From contig JAFWFI010000031.1 of assembly GCA_017515705.1 (NCBI GenBank), forward strand, positions 1-42,349: a DNA stretch of 42,349 nt, in the 5' to 3' direction. The position numbers and the translations under genes were made by a program. Source of the stretch: Bacillota bacterium (GTDB lineage: Bacteria; Bacillota; Clostridia; Peptostreptococcales; Anaerovoracaceae). The notes under the pieces are model-generated. The model saw nothing but the letters and a program-made list of their open reading frames with translations. It ran no database searches and was not told the origin of the DNA. Below, piece after piece: positions 36,523-42,349 of this stretch; the first letter of the stretch is position 1, and each line of letters opens with the position of its first letter.

Positions 36523-38065
36523 CTCTCTCTTCGTCCCTTCTCCGGTACTGCAGGGCCTCCGCCACATGCTCCGCACCGATCTCATCCTTTCCTTCCAGGT
36601 CCGCGATGGTCCGGGACACCTTCAGCAGCTTGTCCCTCCCCCTCAGGCTCACTTTCAGCTGCCGGCATCCCAGGTCGTAGACTTCCTTCGCCGCCCCCTC
36701 CAGCCGGCAGTACTTTCGAAGAAGCCGGCCCTGCAGCTGGGAATTGTAACGGATTTCTTCCTTTATATAACGTTCTTCCTGCAGAGCCCTGGCCCCCTCG
36801 ATCTTCTCCCGCATAGCGGCGGAACTCCGGCAGGGACTGCCCGCCGACTGCATCCACTCGGGAGAATCGTAATCGATGGCCGCCAGGTCCACGAAAATGT
36901 CGAACCGGTCCATGATGGGTCCCGACAGCCGCTCCTGATAGCGCCGGATCTGCTGCATCGAGCAGGTGCAGCGGCGGTTCGGGTCCCCGAAATACCCGCA
37001 GGGACAGGGGTTCCGGGCCCCCACCAGCATGAATTTGCTAGGGTAGGTAATCTTGGACTGGCTCCGCGATATGGTAATTTTCTCATCCTCCAGCGGCTGG
37101 CGCAGCGCCTCCAGCACGTCCCGGCGCATTTCCGGCATCTCATCCAGAAACAGCGTTCCCAGGTGCGCCAGGGTGATTTCCCCGGGCCGGGGAATGCCGG
37201 CGCCGCCGCCCACCATGGCAGCGGAAGACACGTTCCCCGCCGGTGCCCGGAAGGGCCGCCTCGAAATCAGTCCGCCCTCCTCCGGTTCCATCCCGCATAG
37301 GCTGTACAGTTTTGTCACCTCCAGCATTTCCTCATAGGTCATCCCCGGCATCACCGTGGGGATCCGCTTGGCCATCATGCTCTTACCGCAGCCCGGCGGC
37401 CCGGTAAACAAAAGGTGGTGAAAGCCGCTGACGCTGATCTCGATGGCCCGTTTCGCCTCCTCCCGGCCCAGCACCTCCGAAAAGTCCATCTCGCTGTCCG
37501 GGCTGTCAAAAGCGGAAGGCGGCCGCTTCCCCTGAACCGGCGCGATCACCGCCTCCCCGGTGATGAAATCACAGGCTTCCCGGAGGGTTTCCACCGGGTA
37601 AAGGTCCACTTCCTCCACCACCGACACATTCTTCAGATTCTCTTTGGGCAGAATGATCTTCTTCACACCCTTCTGTTTCAAACCGATGCACATGGGCAGC
37701 GCCTGCGGCACTGCTTCCACCCGGCCGTCCAGGGAGAGTTCCCCAATCACCGCATAGTCCTCCATTTTCTCCGCCGGAACATTCCCCGCCCCCGCCAGCA
37801 GGCTCAGGGCGATGGGCAGGTCCAGGTGCGTCCCCTCCTTCCGGGTGCCCGCCGGCGACAGGTTGATGGTGATCCGCCTGTTCACCGGAAAGTCCAGCCC
37901 CGAATTCAGAATGGCCGCCCGGAGCCGGTCCCGGGACTCCCGCACGGCGGCATCCGGCAGTCCCACCATGTTCAGGACCGGCATTCCACGGGACAGGTCG
38001 CATTCCACGCGGATGATTTCCGTGTCCACGCCGGCGATAGTGCAGCTCTTGATAAATGAAACCAT
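36509..38065 (-). CDS. comM: YifB/ComM family Mg-chelatase-like AAA+ ATPase
   Basis: Lon-protease-like N-domain, Walker A GPPGCGKSM and a C-terminal ChlI domain. The start is taken at MVSFIKS (38065). Confidence 0.88.
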   Translation of the reverse strand: MVSFIKSCTIAGVDTEIIRVECDLSRGMPVLNMVGLPDAAVRESRDRLRAAILNSGLDFPVNRRITINLSPAGTRKEGTHLDLPIALSLLAGAGNVPAEKMEDYAVIGELSLDGRVEAVPQALPMCIGLKQKGVKKIILPKENLKNVSVVEEVDLYPVETLREACDFITGEAVIAPVQGKRPPSAFDSPDSEMDFSEVLGREEAKRAIEISVSGFHHLLFTGPPGCGKSMMAKRIPTVMPGMTYEEMLEVTKLYSLCGMEPEEGGLISRRPFRAPAGNVSSAAMVGGGAGIPRPGEITLAHLGTLFLDEMPEMRRDVLEALRQPLEDEKITISRSQSKITYPSKFMLVGARNPCPCGYFGDPNRRCTCSMQQIRRYQERLSGPIMDRFDIFVDLAAIDYDSPEWMQSAGSPCRSSAAMREKIEGARALQEERYIKEEIRYNSQLQGRLLRKYCRLEGAAKEVYDLGCRQLKVSLRGRDKLLKVSRTIADLEGKDEIGAEHVAEALQYRRRDEERDDYQ

Positions 38066-38159
38066 ACTTACATTCCCTTTCATTATTACCATATTCATCT
38101 ATATACTTACATAATATCCCTTTTCTTCTAATATGTCCACCCTTTCTTCAGAAATCCTA

Positions 38160-38187
38160 TGGACAAAATCCCGTTTGGTGATACAAT
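38160..38187 (+). promoter_or_regulatory. candidate promoter of trkA
   Basis: TGGACA, 16 nt spacer, TG-a-TACAAT (38182-38187). Confidence 0.4.
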
Positions 38188-38229
38188 AAGATATTAATAA
38201 GATAGTATAAACCGGTAGTGGAGAATGTT

Positions 38230-39594
38230 ATGAGAATCATGATTATCGGAGCAGGAAAGCTGGGGATGAAAGTCGCCGCTTCACTGGTTTCTCCGGACAA
38301 TTACATCACGCTGATCGACATCAACCCGAAGGTGATCCAGAAAGCCAGCAACGAGATGGATGTTCTGGCCATTGCCGCGGATGCCCTGGAGGCGGATATC
38401 TACGACGACCTCAACATCAGACAGTATGACTATGTGCTGGCCCTGATGGACAACGACGAGAAGAACCTGGTGGTAAGCTGCGTCGTGAAAAAACTGGGCT
38501 GCAAGAAAGTGGTGGCGCGGCTGAGAGGCCCGGAATACATGAATCACCAGGAACTGATGAAGGATACCTTCAACATTGATCAGGTTCTGAACCCGGACAT
38601 GCTGGTTTCCCACGAGATCTTCAATTACCTGATCAACCAGCACAAGGACTTCAACCAGTTCTTCACCGGCCCCACCATCGGCATGCTGGAAGTGCGGGCG
38701 GAAACCATTAAGGGCATGGTGGGCGACCGGGTCCTGAACGCCTCCAACTACCTGGAAAACATGCTGATCGTCTCCATCTCCCGGAAGGGGAAACTCATCA
38801 TCCCCAAGAGCCATGTCACCATCGAGGAAAACGACGTCCTCTACCTGCTGGGAAAGAAGACGGATATCGCGAAAATCTCCCCCTTTATCGATACCAAGGT
38901 AGAGGGAACCAATATCAAGAAAGTCATGATCATGGGCGGCGGGAAAACCGGCTTCTACCTGGGCAAGCTGCTTTCCGATGCCGGGATCTCCGTCAAGATC
39001 ATCGAAAAAGATCTGGAACGCTGCGAATACCTGGCGGAAAAACTGTCGAACGTGCTGGTTCTCCACGGAGACGCCACCGACATGTCCCTGCTCCAGGAGG
39101 AAAACCTGGCATCCATGGACGCCTTTGTCAGCGCCACCGGCTACGACGAGGACAACATCATCTTAGCCCTGACGGCCCAGCAATACGGAGTCAAGGAAGT
39201 CCTGGCCAAGACCAGCCGGGGCAATTACTCCCTGCTGATGGACAAGGTGGGCGTGAATACGCTGAATACACTGGAAATCACCACCAGCTACATCCTGCGG
39301 CTGGTTCAGTCCCGCAGCTTTGTCTCCTCCTCCTTCTTCCTACAGGGTCAGGCAGAAGTGCTGGAGGTCATCGCCCAGCCGGACATGATGATCACCGGGA
39401 AGATGCTGAAGGAACTGGATTTCCCCAAGGGCGTGCTGGTGTCCCTGATCTACCGGAACAATACTACCATCGTCCCCACGGGCAATACCCGGATCCAACC
39501 CAACGACCGGCTGATCTTCTTCAGTATGCTGTCGGACGTTCCGGAACTGGAGCGGATGCTCCGGGCCACGAAAAAGAAATTGTTCCGAGTGTAA
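38230..39594 (+). CDS. trkA: Trk system potassium uptake protein TrkA (tandem RCK)
   Basis: Two Rossmann motifs (IIGAGKLG, IMGGGKTG), each followed by an RCK_C-like segment. GGAG lies 6 nt upstream of ATG at 38230. Confidence 0.9.
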   Translation: MRIMIIGAGKLGMKVAASLVSPDNYITLIDINPKVIQKASNEMDVLAIAADALEADIYDDLNIRQYDYVLALMDNDEKNLVVSCVVKKLGCKKVVARLRGPEYMNHQELMKDTFNIDQVLNPDMLVSHEIFNYLINQHKDFNQFFTGPTIGMLEVRAETIKGMVGDRVLNASNYLENMLIVSISRKGKLIIPKSHVTIEENDVLYLLGKKTDIAKISPFIDTKVEGTNIKKVMIMGGGKTGFYLGKLLSDAGISVKIIEKDLERCEYLAEKLSNVLVLHGDATDMSLLQEENLASMDAFVSATGYDEDNIILALTAQQYGVKEVLAKTSRGNYSLLMDKVGVNTLNTLEITTSYILRLVQSRSFVSSSFFLQGQAEVLEVIAQPDMMITGKMLKELDFPKGVLVSLIYRNNTTIVPTGNTRIQPNDRLIFFSMLSDVPELERMLRATKKKLFRV

Positions 39595-39602
39595 AGCAAT
39601 AT

Positions 39603-39709
39603 AAGATTTGGCGATATAAGATTGAAGATTGGAGAACAGATTTGAGATTGAAGATTGAAGATTGGAGAAGCCATTTTTCTCCCATCTCCCATCTCCCATC
39701 TGCAATCTG
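39603..39709. repeat. heptad-repeat element, locus F: long inverted arms with 9-nt loop, in the trkA-trkH spacer
   Basis: Left arm 39603-39672 carries GATTGAAGATTGGAGAA twice. Right arm 39679-39709 reads CTCCCAT x3 then CTGCAATCTG. By my hand pairing, about 19 of the 24 loop-proximal positions pair. Confidence 0.85.
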
Positions 39710-39718
39710 AAAAAGATT

Positions 39719-41179
39719 ATGAATTACCGAATGGTTGCCCGGACGGTGGGGATGATGCTGATGATTTTAGCACTCTGCATGCTTCCCATGTTCATAGTGG
39801 GCATTTACTATCACGATGACCGATCGACGACGGCGCTGATGCTGGTTTTCATGGCCATGCTGGTCAGCGGTCTCTGCCTGCGGTCCGTCGAAAAAAAGAA
39901 AGCCACGCTCCGGATCCGGGAGGGGTATCTGATCGTGGTACTGACCTGGTTTCTCGCCTGCTTCTGCTTTTCCCTTCCCTATATCATTTCCGGCGCCATC
40001 CCCAACTTTGCGGATGCGCTTTTTGAGGGCACTTCCGGGATTACCACCACCGGTGCTTCCATCCTGACCAACATCGAAGGCCTTCCAAAAACCATGTTGT
40101 TCTGGCGGGCCTACACGCACTGGATGGGCGGTTTGGGGATCCTGACCATCGCCATCGCCGTGCTGCCTTCCCTGGGGATCAGCGGCTTCCAGATGGCCCG
40201 GGCGGAGATTTCCAGCTCCGATGTCAACAAGACGGCCCCCAAGATGACGGATGTGGCGAAGCGGTTGTACAAGGTCTATTTTCTGCTGACGGCTATCTGC
40301 ATCGCGCTGCTGATGGCCGGCGGTCTGGGCTTCTTCGATGCTTCCACCCACGCCTTTTCAGCCGTAGCCACCGGCGGCTTCTCGCCAAAGAACGAGAGCG
40401 TCGGCGCCTTCCACAGTCTCTACGTGGAAGTGGTGCTGGAAGTCTTCATGGTCATCGGGTCCATCAGCTTCCCGGTGATTTACAGCATGGTCGAAAAAAA
40501 GAAGGTCCTGCTCTTCCTGAAACACCAGGAAGTACGGTTCTTCCTGCTGATGCTGGTGGGATCCGGACTTGCGTCCACGATCCTGCTGACCATTACTCAT
40601 ACCTACGCCAATTTTGGGGAAGCCCTGCGCTACGGCAGCTTCAACCTGGTTTCCGTCATGACCACCACGGGCTTTGCCTCCAATGACTACAACCTGTGGC
40701 CGCCCGCATTGGTGATCCTGCTGCTGCTGATTTCCATCTGCGGCGGGTGCTCCGGCAGTACCGCCGGGGGCGTCAAGGCGGTCCGGTTCATGATCACCGG
40801 AAACTTCCTGGCCACGGAATTTAAAAAGAAGCTCCATCCGAGAGCCGTTTACTCTGTAAAAGTGAACAACGAGCCGGTCTCCAACGATACCGGCGTCACG
40901 GTTTGTTCCTATCTGTTGTTTTTCCTGATGATCGCCGTCATCGGCGGCATCATCCTCTCGCTGGATCCCGGGGCGGACCTGGTGACGGCGTTTACCGCCT
41001 CCCTGTCCTCCATGACCAACCTAGGGCCGGGCTTCGCAAAGGTCGGGCCTTACGGCAACTACGCCTTCTTCCATGGCTGGGCCAAGCTGCTGATGGCCTT
41101 CATGATGGTCGTCGGGAAGCTGGAGATCTTCGCCGTGCTGATGCTCTTCCGGCCGTCCTTCTGGAATCCGGATAAGTAA
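39719..41179 (+). CDS. trkH: TrkH family potassium uptake transporter
   Basis: MNYRMVARTVGMM N-terminus, polytopic, with selectivity-filter-like TTTG/TGGFS motifs. The start at 39719 avoids translating the repeat tract. Confidence 0.9.
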   Translation: MNYRMVARTVGMMLMILALCMLPMFIVGIYYHDDRSTTALMLVFMAMLVSGLCLRSVEKKKATLRIREGYLIVVLTWFLACFCFSLPYIISGAIPNFADALFEGTSGITTTGASILTNIEGLPKTMLFWRAYTHWMGGLGILTIAIAVLPSLGISGFQMARAEISSSDVNKTAPKMTDVAKRLYKVYFLLTAICIALLMAGGLGFFDASTHAFSAVATGGFSPKNESVGAFHSLYVEVVLEVFMVIGSISFPVIYSMVEKKKVLLFLKHQEVRFFLLMLVGSGLASTILLTITHTYANFGEALRYGSFNLVSVMTTTGFASNDYNLWPPALVILLLLISICGGCSGSTAGGVKAVRFMITGNFLATEFKKKLHPRAVYSVKVNNEPVSNDTGVTVCSYLLFFLMIAVIGGIILSLDPGADLVTAFTASLSSMTNLGPGFAKVGPYGNYAFFHGWAKLLMAFMMVVGKLEIFAVLMLFRPSFWNPDK

Positions 41180-41206
41180 GCCGGGAGCCGGGAGTCTTGA
41201 TAAATG

Positions 41207-41240
41207 AAAAAGCTGCGGTTTGCCGCAGCTTTTCTTTATT
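41207..41240. terminator. bidirectional intrinsic terminator between trkH and the SLH protein gene
   Basis: AAAAGCTGCGG-tttg-CCGCAGCTTTT followed by CTTTATT. Confidence 0.8.
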
Positions 41241-41244
41241 GGTT

Positions 41245-42349
41245 TCAAATGATGTATTCCTCGTTTTCCTCTCTCACGAAAATGTTCCTGCCGTATCCGG
41301 GATCATTCAGAATGGCCTGAAGAACGGTTTTGGGGAAACTGCAGTCGTAAAAGTTCACTGCGCTGTCTTCCTCAACATCGAGAAATGCACCGCCATTTTT
41401 GTCCCAGCTGAGATTTCTGAAGGAGCACTCTTCGAAGATCAGCCAACTGTCGCCGGCGGCGGAAATCAGGTGCTGTCCCCTCGTTTTCCGGAATTGGCAG
41501 CCAAAGAAACGGGCAATTTGCGCATCGCTGCACTTCATCAGCCCTTCCGTGCAGTCCCGGATTACGCAGTTCTCCGCATAGACCCCCATCACATCATCCA
41601 TTGATATGCCATAAGCACCGCAGCCGTACAGGTCCAGTCCATCCAGCCACAGTTCCCCGCAGATCGAGGCGGTGATCACTGCCCCGGCGCATTCCCCTTT
41701 CCCCGGCGTATGCCCCAGGGTCAGGTTCGTCAGCATGACATTGTCGCAGTCATAGAAGGACAGCACGCTGGCGCACCGGGGTTCCACCGTGATTTTGACG
41801 CTGCCGGCCTTTCCGTCGGAACTGAGAAACTCCGTGTTCTTCAGCCCGAGGATCTGTACTTCGTAACCGTCGGATACTTCGTTGATAATCACATAGGGGT
41901 TGTCCCAATCCGGGGAATCCCCCACTCTTTCGTTGATCCAGGACGTCAAGTCATAGGTGCCCGGCGCCAAGTGGATATCCCGGCCCGGCCCGATGGCATC
42001 CATCAGTTCTTCCACACTGTCCACGTAATACTGGGCGTCCCGGTACAGCCAGGTCACCGTCCGGGCTCTGGTACAGGGTTCGAAGGGATCCACCGCATCC
42101 CCGGCGTCTTCCAGGAGTTCATCCTCTTCTGCCCAGCTCACCGCATCTTTATACCAGCTGTCCGGCCAGTTCTCTGTGTAATGGGAAATGCCTGCCGGAT
42201 CCGGCGCCCCGTTGGCCCGCCACAGGAAGGTCAGGATCTCCGCATAATTGCAGACCTTGTCCGGTGAAAAGGTGGTCACAGACGTCCCGTTGGTAATCCC
42301 GGCGCCCACCGCCCAGAGCACCGCCTGCTCGTACCAGCTGTTCTTCGGC
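41245..42349 (-). CDS. SLH-domain surface protein with Cys-rich beta-helix-like C-terminal region; N-terminus outside window
   Basis: The frame stays open to the window edge (..WYEQAVLWAVGAGITNGTSVTTFSPDKVCNYAEILTFLWRANG is an SLH motif). The C-terminal half has repeated short hydrophobic/Cys/Gly turns (NLTLGHT, GCGAYGISM, NCVIRDC) suggestive of a parallel beta-helix. Confidence 0.7.
   Translation of the reverse strand, partial: PKNSWYEQAVLWAVGAGITNGTSVTTFSPDKVCNYAEILTFLWRANGAPDPAGISHYTENWPDSWYKDAVSWAEEDELLEDAGDAVDPFEPCTRARTVTWLYRDAQYYVDSVEELMDAIGPGRDIHLAPGTYDLTSWINERVGDSPDWDNPYVIINEVSDGYEVQILGLKNTEFLSSDGKAGSVKITVEPRCASVLSFYDCDNVMLTNLTLGHTPGKGECAGAVITASICGELWLDGLDLYGCGAYGISMDDVMGVYAENCVIRDCTEGLMKCSDAQIARFFGCQFRKTRGQHLISAAGDSWLIFEECSFRNLSWDKNGGAFLDVEEDSAVNFYDCSFPKTVLQAILNDPGYGRNIFVREENEEYII

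Noticed and set aside
38099-38229. Possible c-di-AMP (ydaO-type) or other riboswitch upstream of trkA.
   Set aside because: The region is only about 45 nt from the predicted promoter to the start codon, is AT-rich, and shows no conserved helices. It is too short for such a riboswitch.
39662-39718. N-terminal extension of trkH in the ORF track (MEKPFFSHLPSPICNLKKI).
   Set aside because: The extension is the translated heptad repeat. A TrkH-typical N-terminus (MNYRMVARTVG) begins at 39719.

Overview
This 42.3 kb chromosomal segment looks like a moderately high-GC Firmicutes/Clostridia-type genome, judged by gene content and order. It is almost entirely conserved housekeeping genes, mostly on the minus strand.

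Gene order, left to right:
- paaK (3' end) and an ACT-domain gene
- fused L-serine dehydratase
- tRNA-Pro(GGG)
- a putative lipoprotein
- a dcw cell-wall/division cluster, in transcription order rsmH-ftsL-PBP-murE-murF-mraY-murD-ftsW-murG-ftsQ, fused downstream of engB-hpt-lgt with no mraZ
- a three-gene insert: small XRE regulator, 4-TM membrane protein, TMEM175/DUF1211-like channel
- tig-clpP-clpX-lon
- lexA
- a small beta-grasp-like ORF, an AI-2E family transporter and an uncharacterised radical SAM protein
- infC-rpmI-rplT with an L20-type leader and an ATT start codon
- comM-dprA-topA-hslV-hslU-codY
- trkA-trkH
- a partial SLH/beta-helix surface protein

I find no convincing novel multi-gene system such as defence, secretion or biosynthesis. 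The most unusual signal is non-coding: a dispersed family of 7-nt-periodic tracts (AGATTGG/AGATGGG/GGAGCTG units) at six intergenic loci. Three of these loci are inverted pairs around a short core. The C-rich strand repeatedly sits directly upstream of the -35 box of near-consensus sigma-A promoters.

Other observations are a second short shared motif (TCATCCTGAG-N3-AGCGAAGGA), a REP-like double hairpin, an FtsQ with a long acidic/poly-Ala N-terminal tail, and a radical SAM protein with Cx4Cx2C spacing. All functional calls rest on motif recognition by eye. No database search was possible.
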